Source: Octopus sinensis (taxonomy: Eukaryota). Taken from it: DNA of 64,000 bases. The number at the start of each line of letters is the position of its first letter. The stretch's first letter is position 1. The stretch lies in contig NC_042999.1 in NCBI RefSeq assembly GCF_006345805.1, positions 154,070,001 to 154,134,000 of the forward strand. The letters run 5' to 3'. This document shows, in pieces, positions 11,947 to 24,924 of this stretch. Below the pieces are notes generated by a model that saw nothing but the letters and a program-made list of their open reading frames with translations, did not search any database and had not been told where the DNA came from. The translations under genes were made by a program, and so were the position numbers.

Positions 11947-12507
11947 AGCTACGCAGCAACCTGGAACCCCTATCTTGTCCAGGATATTAATTGTCTGGAA
12001 ACAAATGTGCAACCAAGAGAATACCCTCCATCAGGCATTTGCCATATTCTTAACGCCTTACTTCCCTGGGCATGGATACATTGAAACTCCGACGTCTGGC
12101 AGCTGACTTGGCAAACACCCATAAAATTATTGACCATCTTACAAACAATAACTCTGAGCACCTTTTCAAACACCACCTGTGGACATGTTTACAAAGTCAG
12201 AAAACAGCACAGCTCCCATGACTTTCGGAAACATTTTTTCACGCTAAGAGTTGCTGAAGTATGGAACAAACTGCTGGCATCAGTTGTTAGTTGTAGTAGC
12301 ACTGCATCCTTCAAAACTTCCATGCATTCCTGAGATTCGCCAACACTACACCTGATTTTCTCCCCTCTATGTACATGCAAGCATGTATCTGACATACACT
12401 GTTCACTATCCAGACATTTGTACATTACTGCATATGCTTTATACGCACTTTTGACAAGTTGTGGTGCACCTGAGCACTGTATACAATAATTTCATTATTA
12501 TCATTAT
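11947..12507 (+). mobile_element. CR1-clade LINE 3' fragment (ORF2 C-terminus plus 3'UTR)
   Basis: WNPYLVQDINCLE...LRRLAADLANTHKII...GHVYKVRKQHSSHDFRKHFFTLRVAEVWNKL motif typical of CR1/L2 C-termini; (ATT)-type tail. Confidence 0.9.
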
Positions 12508-12579
12508 GAGCAAAATGGCAAGGAACTCAATGATGAGTGAGGATAGGAGTCTGTCAGGGTTCAATTCCCACCACATCAT

Positions 12580-13035
12580 AATTCAACTTCTCTTTACCAT
12601 GCTGGCAATGGGTTGGACAGTTTGAGAAGAGATGGCAAGCCAGAGAGCTGTACCAGGCTCCAGTTTGTTTTGGCATGGCTTCTACGACTGGATTCCCTTC
12701 CTGATACCAACCACTTTACAGAGTGTACTGGGTGTTTTTAATGTGGTTCTAGCACAAGTGCTTTTTAAGTGGCACCAGTAAAGACTGTGCAGGTGGCATA
12801 TAAAAAGCATTTGAGTGTGGCCGTTGCCAGCACCACCTAACTGGCCCTCGTGCCAGTGGCACATAAAAGCACCCACTACACTCCCGGAGTAGTTGGCGTT
12901 AGGAAGGGCATCCAGCTGTAGAAACTCTGCCAGATCAGATTGGAGTCCAGTGCAGCCATCTGGTTCACCAGACCTCAGTCAAATCATCCAACCCATGCTA
13001 GCATGGAAAGCGGACGTTAAACAATGATGATGATG
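12580..13035. mobile_element. Two type E repeats in divergent (inverted) orientation
   Basis: 12580-12790 on -, 12790-13035 on +; shared block GGAAGGGCATCCAGCTGTAGAAAC and its complement. Confidence 0.75.
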
Positions 13036-14069
13036 TCCATGCAGACTCCTGTACACTGACAACTTTTTACAAGTAACTCTGTAGGAGAATTCAAGAAGAA
13101 ATCAGAGATCTAGAAGAAAACATTTGAATAAAGAAACCTCAGATTTAATACAGCAAAGGCTAAAAGTTAAAAAGTAGGAAAGAAGTTGTGAACCTGCTGT
13201 TTGCAGGGAAATAACCATGCTTGATATGTAGAAAAGGAAGGAGTAAGTAGAAATTTCTTATGATACATCCAGTAAAAACTATGGATGCAGAAGGTTTAGT
13301 GGTAGGCTAATGGTGATGGTAGACCTCCTATGTGGCAGATGTACAAGTGTAGCTAGGAGTAATTTGAGAGGCTTAGTCATTAGACTCAAACCTATAAGTA
13401 TTATGTCTCATCAAATACCAGTTTGCGTGACCGTACAAAAAGCAGGCTCATTACCACATCACTAAGGTCTCTATTACCAAAATATTCACAGCATCAATTG
13501 TCTATAAACTGATTATGATATTGTCAAAAAATCCTCAAGTGTTTAAGTCAACAAATTGACTACAGTACCATATTGTCCTACAACACGGAACTGTTCATGA
13601 TTTCATGATACGAAATTGTTTCCTGTACTACATTTTCTACCGGACTAAATTATCTACAGCAGTCATTAACATACTGTGTACAATATTAGATATCTTTCAA
13701 ACACTTTTCTTCAAATGCTTGAAAGAATTACATGAAGTAGATGACATCTATAGTCACATCCTAAGTGGCTTAAATTTGTAGTTCAGCATCAGTGTGAAAA
13801 GAAATGGAACATACAGATTTCAGCGAGTTATTACCCCCACTGACAAGTATTTTTTTTTTTTGACTGAGTCTCCACTCACACTCTAAGTCACTCAGACCCC
13901 TCTCACTTTTACTCGCCTAATATTTTGAGATGCCACCTGGACACTCACTAGCATCTAGCTCTTCACAGCTATTACTTGTTAATTGTTCCTCTCTCCTCAA
14001 GACATGAGTAGCCATGTAGCTCCTCTACAAGAATTTGCACTACCCCCAATCATTCCTTGCCTTAAACCT

Positions 14070-14250
14070 ATTTCTTTACTACCCACAAGGGGCTAAACAC
14101 AGAGGGGACAAACAAGGACTGACAAACGGATTAAGACGATTATATCGACCCCAGTGCGTAACTGGTACTTATTTAATCGACCCAGAAAGGATGAAAGGCA
14201 AAGTCGACCTTGGCAGAATTTGAACTCAGAACGTAGCGGCAGACGAAAGC
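14070..14250 (-). mobile_element. SINE type B (5'-truncated)
   Basis: Reverse complement of the type B body. Confidence 0.85.
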
Positions 14251-14522
14251 ATGGCATCCCCACCCTCACTCTAGCAAACTGCATGGTAACCTCACTAATA
14301 CTGCTAGTATGAGAAAAACACAAACTACATGTTGTAAAGTGGTTGGTGTTGTGAAGGGTACCCAACTATAGAAAGCACAGCAAAGCAGAGACTGGAGCAC
14401 AATGCAGTTCTTGGACCTTTTCAGATTCATTCAAATTGGCCAACCTATGCTAGCTTAGAATATGGACTTTAAATGATGAAGATAATGATGAGTGAAGGAC
14501 AGATGGTATGATGTGCAGTGTT

Positions 14523-14757
14523 AAGGCGAGCTGGCAGAATCGTTAGCACGCTGGGCGAAATGCGTAGTCATATTTCGTCTGCCGTTATGTTCTGAATTCA
14601 AATTCCGCCTAGGTTGATTTTGCCTTTCATCCTTTCGGGGTCGATACATTAAGTACCAGTTACGCACTGGGGTTGATCTAATCGACTTAATCCATTTGTC
14701 TGTCCTTGTTTGTCCACTATGTGTTTAGCCCCACATGGGTAGTAAACAAATAGGTAT
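14523..14757 (+). mobile_element. SINE type B
   Basis: AGGCGAGCTGGCAGAATCGTTAGC head to GGGTAGTAAACAAATAGGT tail. Confidence 0.85.
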
Positions 14758-16129
14758 GATGTACAGTGTTCCCTAAGGAGAGACTAGAATCTCAGATGCA
14801 GAGAATCTGTGACGATGAAGAAGTGATGTGGACATGATCTGTGAGATGACAAAGGCCAAGTCATTAATTTCAATTTGACCTGAAAACTACAGATAAACAA
14901 CCAATAAGTCGCATTATTAATAGTGTCAAAACGAGTAGAATTACTAATTAGGAAATTATTAATTAGCTAAACAGTAGATGAATGTATTCAATTGAGGCAG
15001 GAACTATGGAAGTAATGCACAATATATCTGTCTTTGAGTCTGTGTTTGCCCCGCCCCACTACAATTGCTTGACATTGTTGGTTTGTTTACATCCCTACAA
15101 CTTAGCGATTCACAAAAGAAACTGAAAGAATAAGTACCAGGCTTTAAAAAAAATATATACTGGGGTCAATTCATGCAACTAAAAAACTCAAGACAATGCT
15201 CCAGTATGGCTTCAGTCTAATGACTAAAACAAGATGAAGGATAATTGTCAAACGAGTCAGTTGAGCAGCTTGTTTTTAGCCCTAGGCTAACCGACAACCC
15301 AGTAATCCTCTGACCCACAACACTGCTGAAACAAACAACCCATCTTTTATTCGGATATAAGGTACCCAAGACTACATTATCCAATGTTCCTTCTTTTTTT
15401 TTCTTTCGAAGACAATAAGGATGTGAATTGAGGAAGATTTGGCTATTTCTAAAAGGTCAAGTAAAAGATACTTGCTTAAGGTGCTGTGCAGTGGGAATGA
15501 ACCCAAACCAAGTGGCTTCAACTATAGCCTTGCGAGCAGAGTTGTTATCGATGAATCTTACCTTTTATTTGTAGCAGTCAGACTGTGGCCATTCTGGGGC
15601 ACCACGTCAAACAGTTTTAGTCAAACACTCAGGCCCCAGTATTTTTTTTGTTGTTTTTTAATGAGTTTAGTACTCTTTTTTTAATCAGTCTTCTATGCTG
15701 AACTACTAAGTTACAGGGATGTAAACAAACCAACATCGGCTGTTGAGAGGCAGGGAGACATGAAAATACACACACATATGCACATATGCATACATGCACA
15801 CGGGCATATGCACACACAGAGTTCCCATACAGTTTCTTTTTACAAATTTTCCGCATGAAGCATCGATGTTCATGGCTATCATAGAAGACATTTATCCAAG
15901 GAGACACACAGTGGGACTGAACCCCAAACCATGTGGTCGCAAAGTAAGCTGCTTATCCACACAGCTATGCCTGCACCTAAATGTTTTTAAACAAATGCTT
16001 TTTTTGTTTTATTTGTTTGTTTTTAAGTAGTCCCAAAGGGCAGTAAGTATGAACTTTGTAGACCAACCCAAAATGGAGAGAAAGATCTGTTATGACTTTA
16101 ATCTTTTAGCATTCCAATTACTCAGTCAA

Positions 16130-16480
16130 AAGTGATTTTCTTTTACTCTGTCTGCGGCCATGCTGGAGCACCGCCTTTAGTCAAGCAAATCGACCCAGGA
16201 TTTATTCTTTGTACTTATTCTATCAGTATCTTTTGCCGAACCGCTAAGTTAAACACACCAACATTGGTTGTCAAGCGACACACAAACATATACACACACA
16301 TATATACACATACATATATATGACAGACTTCTTTCAGTTTCCGTCTACCAAATCCACTTACAAGACTTTGGTCAGCCCGAGGCTATGGTAGAAGACACTT
16401 GCTCAAGGTGCCACACAGTGGGACTGAACCTGGAGCCATGTGGTTGGTAAGCAAGCTACTTACCACACAGCCACTCCTGT
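16130..16480 (-). mobile_element. SINE type A
   Basis: Reverse complement of the type A consensus. Confidence 0.85.
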
Positions 16481-16495
16481 ACCTATTAAAGTCTG

Positions 16496-16535
<40 letters not shown>

Positions 16536-16849
16536 GGAAAAAAGCAACAAGAATGGATTAAAATCTATATATATATATATATATATATAGAAAAATTTAA
16601 ATAATTAGCAAAATGGAGAAAACTTTTCATCAACAAACAAATTGGACCACGTCTGTAGATTATTTTTTAATACAAAACATAACATAACATTTCTCTGACA
16701 TAATAATTCTTACAGCCATTGCTGCTTCTAATGTCAGTCAGTACCTACGAAAGAATTACGAAAATAATATTCATCATATTTCGTTTTTGGATTTGGTTTG
16801 CAAGATTCTTTATAACACGGACAGGCAAGCACATAAATATGCAGGATAC

Positions 16850-17275
16850 GTACATACAGATGCACACACATACATACATATATACATATACATACACACA
16901 CATACATATATACATAAGCATACACACACATATATACATACATACATACATAGACATGAAAACACACACATACATACATACATAGACATGCAAACACATA
17001 CATATATACATATGCATACACACACATATATACATATGCATACACACACATATATACATACATAGACATGAAAACACACACATACATACATACATAGACA
17101 TGCAAACACATACATATATACATATGCATACACACACATATATACATACATACATACACAGACATGAAAACACACACATACATACATAGACATGCAAACA
17201 CACGTACATACATACGTACATACATATGTACATGCATGCATGTATAGGCACACACATACACACACACACTGACCC
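16850..17275. repeat. Compound (CA)/(TA)/(CATA) microsatellite with higher-order repeat
   Basis: Landmark CATAGACATGAAAACACACA recurs three times (about 16950, 17062, 17157); explains the Cys/Val/Tyr-rich ORFs. Confidence 0.9.
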
Positions 17276-17513
17276 AGACACATGCGCACAAACAAAAAGG
17301 AACGCAGTGTAAATAACGGACAGAGTCAAAACTATTGAAAAGGTTGCAAGACGCAACGAAAATTTTAGGAAAATAAAAATAAGAAAAAAAAGAAAAAGAG
17401 TGGAAATTTTACTGGTGAGTGTGTTACATTATAAGGCACAAAAATAAAATAACTCTTCCCAGACACAACAGAATATTTATCATCTTCATAGGATATTCAA
17501 ACTAATATATATA

Positions 17514-17680
17514 ACGGGAAAGTTTACGAAAATAAACAAAAGACGAAGGCAGGTGGAGTACAAACAAACAAATGTATTAGTATGGCGCTCAGGAATAGAA
17601 ATAGAACAAGTCTTTTATGTTTCGAGCCTACGCTCTTCAACAGAAAGATACACAGAAAAGAAACAAGGAGAGAAAAAAAA
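17514..17680 (-). mobile_element. Penelope-like element fragment carrying a minimal hammerhead-like motif
   Basis: Reverse strand: TCTTT-CTGTTGA-A-GAGC(GTAG)GCTC-GAAA-CATA-AAAGA at 17611-17648. Confidence 0.6.
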
Positions 17681-18550
17681 TGATAGGCTACTTTCAGTTT
17701 CCATCTACCAACTTCACTTCACTCACAAGGCTTTGGTTAAACTAGGGTTATAATAGAAAGATTCACCAAAAGTGCCACGCAGCAGGACTGAACTCAAAAT
17801 CATGTGGTTGGGAAGCAAGTTCCTTAACCACACACCCACATATATGAAATAATATTGTGTCATGTCCTAGCTTAAGAGTATATTTCACTACAAGTATTAG
17901 TTTCATCAAACATTCTTCAGCTAAGTTGAATTCCAATCCCATTGTTATCGTCGTTGAGGTTTTTCTTAATTGAGATTTTTTATAGAATTTACCTAGTTTT
18001 TTTAATAGTAAGTTAAGTTAATATGATTTAGTTACACTAAGTGTGTGCATAACTCAATGTTTTAAACTTGAGGCAGATCAACCGACACAGGACTGCTACT
18101 ATTAAAGGAGCTTCACTTCGTGTATGTAGTTTGCGAAAAATGAAGATAGAAACGAGATTTGCTAACGATGGCATTATGCCCAAAGGGCAGAGTCAGGGAT
18201 AAGGTAATATGCTGAACAGAAACGAGAAGATAACAAAGCAGTTTAATTAAATTGGAGAACTTTATAATTAGTAATTAAAAACAGAGAAATTTTGATAAGA
18301 TTCTCAGGAAGTTAGAGTGAAGTTAATATATGATACTGGAAATACGAAAGATAAGAGGAGAGAGAGGAAGAGAAAAAGAGAGGGAGAGGAAGAGGAAAAG
18401 TGAGAGAGAGAGGAAGAGAAAAAGAGGGAAAACAAAAATTTAAATATTCCTTATCATCAAGTTAATATCTTTATTGATTATTGTTGGTTTTGATATATAG
18501 CCCAAGGTCAGTCTTACTCCACACACATATGTATATATACACATGTGTGT

Positions 18551-18585
<35 letters not shown>

Positions 18586-18800
18586 GTGTGTGTGTATATC
18601 TGTATATATATATATATATACACACACATACATAGTGTAAACAGAGTTAGCGGTTATAACAACCGACTAACAGATGAGATATCCGTATATACTACCGGTA
18701 TCCGCTATGCGTGTAATTATCCCAGGCACTGGTGTGCAGGCATACTGTGCACGTAGAGTGCAAGCAACAACAAGATAAGAGTTTATCAGGAACCAATGCA

Positions 18801-19000
18801 AATAATCAGAAAATGGAGAAAACCTCAGATTAACAAACACATCGATTGGACCACATTTACAAGCTTATTTATTAATACAAAGCATAACAAATAAGTGATG
18901 TCACCTATTTGTTATGTCATGCGTTGTATTAAAAAGTAAGCTGTAAATGTGGTCCAATCGATGTGTTTGTTAATCTGAGGTTTTCTCTATTTTTTTATTA

Positions 19001-19002
<2 letters not shown>
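18801..19002. repeat. About 200-bp near-perfect fold-back (88-bp arms)
   Basis: GAAAACCTCAGATTAACAAACACATCGATTGGACCACATTTACA is mirrored at 18942-18985; a single related arm sits at 16601-16690. Confidence 0.9.
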
Positions 19003-19036
<34 letters not shown>

Positions 19037-19455
19037 GGTAGAATTATATTTTGTCCTTTAATTTGGAGGATTCCAAAAAAGATTTCAAATAAAGATTCTT
19101 CATACTTTGCTAGTAGCTTACTGGCGTAAGTTTGTGAATATAAAAATACTACTTGTATATATAGTGTGTTATGGAAGCAAATCCTATAAAACTCAACTGT
19201 TAGAAAAGGAGAAGAGAACATGTTAAAATTTAAGAGAATTTTAATTCATGTAGACGATCATTTCAAACAGAGATATATTAAAATCATGCAAATTCATGGT
19301 TGAATCGAAATAATTAAATTAATTAAATTAAATTAATTATATATCACTGTTCTCTTCAGTGCAAGAAGTAGAAACAAAAAATTATTACAAAGGACTTCAT
19401 AAAGGAAATAGCAGAGTATAATTTCGGATATTCATATTTCTCCTTATGAGAAAGA

Positions 19456-19510
19456 AAGAAATGTGAGTCTAGTTAGGTATAAACTAAAACTAACTAGACT
19501 CACATTTCTT
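19456..19510. repeat. Perfect 21-bp stem, 13-nt loop hairpin
   Basis: AAGAAATGTGAGTCTAGTTAG-gtataaactaaaa-CTAACTAGACTCACATTTCTT. Confidence 0.9.
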
Positions 19511-20979
19511 GACTAAAAGGCTTCAAGTTCAGTCCCACTGCATGGCATTCTGGGCAAATACCTTTGCCATAGCCTTGAGCAGATCAACCACTGTCAGTAG
19601 AACTTGCAAAGAGAAACAGTAAACAAGCACAAATGTTTGTATGGGTGCAGGTCTGTGTATCTGTGTGTGTGTGTTCATTTATTCCTGTGTTACCTTATTT
19701 AAAAGCTATGACATTCAAGAGAGGCGGATGATGGCACATCTCCCGTCAATATATTGCCTTCCTGCTTCATGCCTTTGGAGCCATGTTGAATAAGGGATCC
19801 CGCACTTGCAAAACAGGTAAGGGCTGGCATTACGAAGTGCAACCAGCCATAAAATCCTGCCTCAATAAAAATTTCATCAAACCCAATCTACCAAGTGGCT
19901 GTGTGTTAAGAAGCTTGCTTCCAACCACATGGGTTCAAGTTCAGTCCATCTGTGTGGCACCTTAATCAAGTGTTCTCTACTATAGCCTTGGGCCGACCAA
20001 AGCCTTGTAAGTGGATTTGGTTGACAGAAACTGAAAGAAGCCCATCATATATATACATTTGTATGTGTATGCATACCACCCTCTGGCAGTCAGTGTTGGT
20101 GTTTACATCCCCATAATTTAGCACAAGAGACTAATAGAGTATATACTTGGCTTAAAAAGAAAACCAGAAAAATACTGGGGTTGATACATTTAACTAAAAA
20201 TTCTTTGAGGTGGTGCTCTAGCATGGCCACAGACTAATGACTGAAACAAGTAAAAAACAAAACAAACAAAAAAACTCAATGTATCCTTTTATTTGTTTCA
20301 GTTATTTGATTGCAGCCATGCTGGAGCACCAAAGCCCAGTACCTATTCTATTGATCTCTTTTGCCAAACCACTAAGTTATGGGGACGTAAACACACCAGC
20401 ATCAGTTGCCAAGCGATGTTGGAGGGACAAACATAGACACCCAAATGTATACATACACATATACACATACATATATACGACAGGCTTCTCTCAGTTTCTG
20501 TCTACCAAATTTGGCCCGAGGCTACAATAGAAGACACTTGTCCAAGTTGCCACACAGTGGGACTGAACCAGGAACCATGTGGTTGGTAAGTGAGCTACTT
20601 ACCACACAGCCACTCCTGCACATGTGTATAATACTTGTGTATGACTTGCCTGTTCTCATGTCTCTGTGCACTCACACTCCTGCTATACCCGGCCATGTGT
20701 GTGCTTATAAAGCTACATCAATAAAACGATTAGCAAATCACTCTACCAGGAATATGAAAAAAATACAAATTAATGCCGACCGTCCTCGCCTGTTAGTTGA
20801 AGTGTTAGAGTACATTAAGTCATTATTGTTTCTCATGATAAACAAACAAGTAATTTATGCGATATATCAACAGTTTTCCCTGTTGTCTTTTATTATAACC
20901 ATTCTGTGCTGTGCAACACAGCAGTGCATCAATGCCAGCCATATTCTGTAGGTTCTCTTCCTCCTCCTCATCTTCCAGC

Positions 20980-21420
20980 TCATCATCATCATCATTTAGT
21001 GTCCATTGTCCCTGCTGGCATGGGTTGGACAGTTTGACCAGGACTCGTAAGCTGGAAGGCTGCACCAGACTCCAGTCTGATTCGGTATGGTTTTCTACGG
21101 CTAGATACTCTTCCTAACACCAACCACTCTGAAAGTGTAATGGGTGCTTCTATGTGCCACCGGCACAGGTGCCATTTGCGTGACACCAGTATCTGCCATG
21201 ACTGCAATTTTGCTCGGCTTGATGAGTCTTCTACTCAAGCACGACATAATGCCAAAGGTCTAAGTCATTTCCCCTGTGAGGCCCAACACTTGAAAGGAAC
21301 TCAACCACTTTGCCTCCATGAGGCCCAACGCTTGAAAGGAACTCATGTTCTTTGCCTCCATGAGACCCAGCACTTGAAAGGAACTCGGCGTCTTTGCCTC
21401 CATGAGGCCCAGCACTCGGC
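20980..21420 (-). mobile_element. Type E repeat with upstream 42-bp tandem array
   Basis: E core at 20985-21250; about 3.4 copies of TGAGGCCCAACACTTGAAAGGAACTCNNNNNCTTTGCCTCCA at 21277-21420. Confidence 0.75.
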
Positions 21421-21954
21421 TGTGGATAGTTTTTTGGAACAAGAGAAATTGCTGGCTTCTTGTCCAATCTGCTGCCATGTCTTGGAGGAATGGAACTCCG
21501 TAACTGGTTCTGACGACTCTCACACATCACTGCATAGCTGACTCAGAGAGGCAGGGAGACAGGCAGAGAGAGAGAGAGAGAGAGAGATAGAGAGAGGAAT
21601 GGGGAAGCACAAAGAAAGAGGAAGGTGAGAGAGACTGAGTGACAGAGAGGTGGGCAGGGACAGTGAAAGAGAGAGAGAACGAGAAAGCAGAATCGCTCCC
21701 TAATATTTGACTGGTTCTTTACCGACCCCTGAAGGGTGAAAAGTGAAGCTGTCCTTAACTCAGAATGTAAACAACCAAAACAATCTCAACAAGGCATTTA
21801 TCTGGTACTCCTAGTCCAATCAACAGTCTGCCTTATCAACTATTAATTACAATTATCATTAAACAATCGAAATCGATCAATGGAAATCGATCAATGGAAA
21901 TTGCAGATGTGTTACCAGTGCCGGTGGCATGTAAGAGAACTTTCCGTTTCGCGA

Positions 21955-22452
21955 CCGTTGCCAGCACCGTCCCGTTTCGTGTCCGTTGCCAGCCTCGCCT
22001 GGCCCTCGTGCCGGTGGCACATAAAAAGCACCATCCGTTCGTGGCCGTTTGCCAGCCTCGCCTGGCCCTCGTGCCGGTGGCACATAAAAAGCACCATCCG
22101 TTCGTGGCCGTTTGCCAGCCTCGCCTGGCCCTCGTGCCGGTGGCACATAAAAAGCACCATCCGTTCGTGGCCGTTTGCCAGCCTCGCCTGGCCCTCGTGC
22201 CGGTGGCACATAAAAAGCACCATCCGTTCGTGGCCGTTTGCCAGCTCTGTCTGGCACCAGTGCGGGTGGCACGTAAAAAAGCACCCACTACACTCACGGA
22301 GTGGTTGGCGTTAGGAAGGGCATCCAGCCGTAGAAACACTGCCAGATTTGACTGGGCCTGATGAAGCCTTCCGGCTCCACAGACCCCAGTAGAACCGTCC
22401 AACCCATTGCTAGCATGGAAAACGGACGCTAAACGATGATGATGATGATGAA
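21955..22452 (+). mobile_element. Young type E repeat with four identical 63-bp units
   Basis: Units start at 21988, 22051, 22114 and 22177, with a variant at 22240; ends AAACGATGATGATGATGATG. Confidence 0.9.
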
Positions 22453-22469
22453 TTACAAACTAATGTGGA

Positions 22470-23030
<561 letters not shown>

Positions 23031-23511
23031 GCAAAGATTGATACCAACAACTGTTTTAACAACAACAAAAACATTTCATGGAAACAAAAACCAAAAATAA
23101 ACAAAAAAAAATATAATCCTAATGAATCAAAGACAGACAATGCCAGCATTTCATAAGACTAACTCCAAGGAGAGTAAACACACGCATACGATCACACACA
23201 CACATACACACACACAGGGACATTTGCACACGCGTGCACGCACATGCACACAAACGTGTGTGCACAGAAGGAAAGAAGAGCAAGCGCAACAGTTACTATG
23301 GCATTTCTGAAGATGGTAAAATATCACATTATCGTGTCTGGCAGTAGTCTGTTCGTCCTTGACCAATACACTGTTTTCTCGCGGAAGTCAAACTTGAAGA
23401 AAAATATTGACATAAACCTGCTATAATGAAGCTATTTGGTCTACTGCTAATATGGTTGTTATAAGTGTTCAATGATGGTGATGATGGTGGTGATGATAAT
23501 GATGGTGGTGA

Positions 23512-23544
<33 letters not shown>

Positions 23545-24664
23545 CTTGTTGATTGTTCCTTTCACTACTTACAATGTCAAATGTCTTAATCCGTCATTTA
23601 AATAATACAGCTTCACTAAATACCATACAGGATTAGAAGAAGAATGATAACAACAACAATAATTATTATTATTATTATTATTATTACTGCATCTAAGGCA
23701 GTGAGCTGGATGAAATGAAAGTGCACCAGACCAAATACTTCATAGCATTTTGTCTCTTACATTCTGAGTTCAAATTCCACTGGGTTGACTTTGTCTTTCT
23801 TCCTTTTGGAGTTAATTAAACAAGAACCAGCTGAGAACTAGGGATTGATGTAAGCAATTTTTCCCCACCCAACCCCCGAAATTGCTGGCCTTGTACCAAA
23901 AATTGAAATCACTATCATGATGAGCTGGCAGAATTGTTAGTACACTGGACAAAACGCCTCACAGCGTTTCATCTGTTTTTATGTTCCGAGTTCAAATTTC
24001 GCCGAGGTCGACATTGTTTTCATCCTCTAGAGATTGATAAAATAAATTCTAGCTGGGGGTCAATGTAATCAACTAAACCTTTCCCCCAGAATTATAGGCC
24101 TTGTGCCTATAGCAGAAAGGGTTTTTATTATAATTATCTTCTAGCAAATTTATTGAAAAGTGGGTGGATATTGGAAAAAATGGCCAGTGTGAATGGACCA
24201 ATTCTGAGGATACACCTCTAGAAAGAATTAAAGAAGGGTTCTTGCCCTATTGATCAGGCACCCATACTTTTTGTGGTTTTTTCCACAAGTAGCCTTAAAG
24301 CGCCTCCCTCTATTGGGAGATTTTTTCTTCTTATTTTATATACATGTTCTAATACCCTTTATATCGTCTTGTTTTGTCATTTCATGTTGCTTTCATATTA
24401 GCCTTTGTGGCCAATAAAAGAATTTATTATTATTATTACTATTATTATTATAATCTAAGGCAGAGAGCATACAGAATCGCTAGCACACTGAAAAAACTGC
24501 TTAACAGCATTTGGTCCATCTTTGTGCCCCAAGTATAAATTCTGCTAATGCTGACTTTGCCCTTCATCCTTTCAGGGTTGATCAAATAAGTTCCAGTTTA
24601 AACCTTGGGGTGAATGTAACTGATTAGCCCAGCCCACCAAATTTCAGGTCTTGTGCATTTAATA

Positions 24665-24924
24665 ATAAATAAATAAATGCGCCCTTTTAAAGCCTAGCCA
24701 GGCTCACGGGCCCGGTTTCCCGCTTTCTATGGTGTATGTGTTCCCCAGCTGGACGGGATGCCAGTCCATCCAGCGTTACTCATTTTTGCCAGCTGGGTGG
24801 ACTGGAGCAACATGAAATGAAGTGTTTTGCTCAAAAATACAACACGTTGCCTGGTCCAGGAATCGAAACCACGATCTTACGATCATGATACCGACACCCT
24901 AACCACTAAGCCACGCGCCTCCAC
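24665..24924 (-). mobile_element. SINE type D with 13-bp TSD, inserted into a type B SINE
   Basis: TGTGCATTTAATA at 24652-24664 and 24925-24937; tRNA-like head GGCGCGTGGCTTAGTGGTTAGGG; body has GATGGACTGGCATCCCGTCCAG, resembling the V-SINE domain (from memory). Confidence 0.85.

Larger units (their letters stand above)
11640..13350 (+). pseudogene. Decayed RTE-clade LINE reverse transcriptase, interrupted by CR1 and type E insertions
   Basis: Fragments translate to EMQFSFAPESGATD / TDVIFLMK*LQQKLLSLEQIQCFAFANVDKVFDRVPW (11730-11885), IGVCQGS (about 12545), LLYTDN (YADD-like, about 13052) and PCLICRKG...CGRC (13225-13345), collinear with RTE ORF2. Confidence 0.8.

Noticed and set aside
16734-17356. 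185-203 aa ORFs rich in C/V/M/Y or H/T/I
   Set aside because: Translations of compound microsatellites; the same applies to 397-600 and 22453-23149.
21277-22240. CRISPR-like reading of the 42-bp and 63-bp arrays
   Set aside because: No unique spacers of 25-45 bp, no cas genes, eukaryotic SINE/LINE context.
22354-22380. CTGATGA-AGCC(TTCC)GGCT hammerhead-like start
   Set aside because: No GAAA after stem II; a point variant of the E consensus CTGGTGCAGCCTTCTGGCT.
21836-22402. Several 100-190 aa ORFs with 21-aa repeats
   Set aside because: Product of a 63-bp stop-free tandem unit, open on both strands, inside a retroelement 3' end.
23329-23430. FDFREKTVYWS resembling an LDLR YWTD repeat (- strand)
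   Set aside because: No Asp after YWS, frame stops 11 codons later, no neighbouring repeats; the region is unique and may still be exonic.
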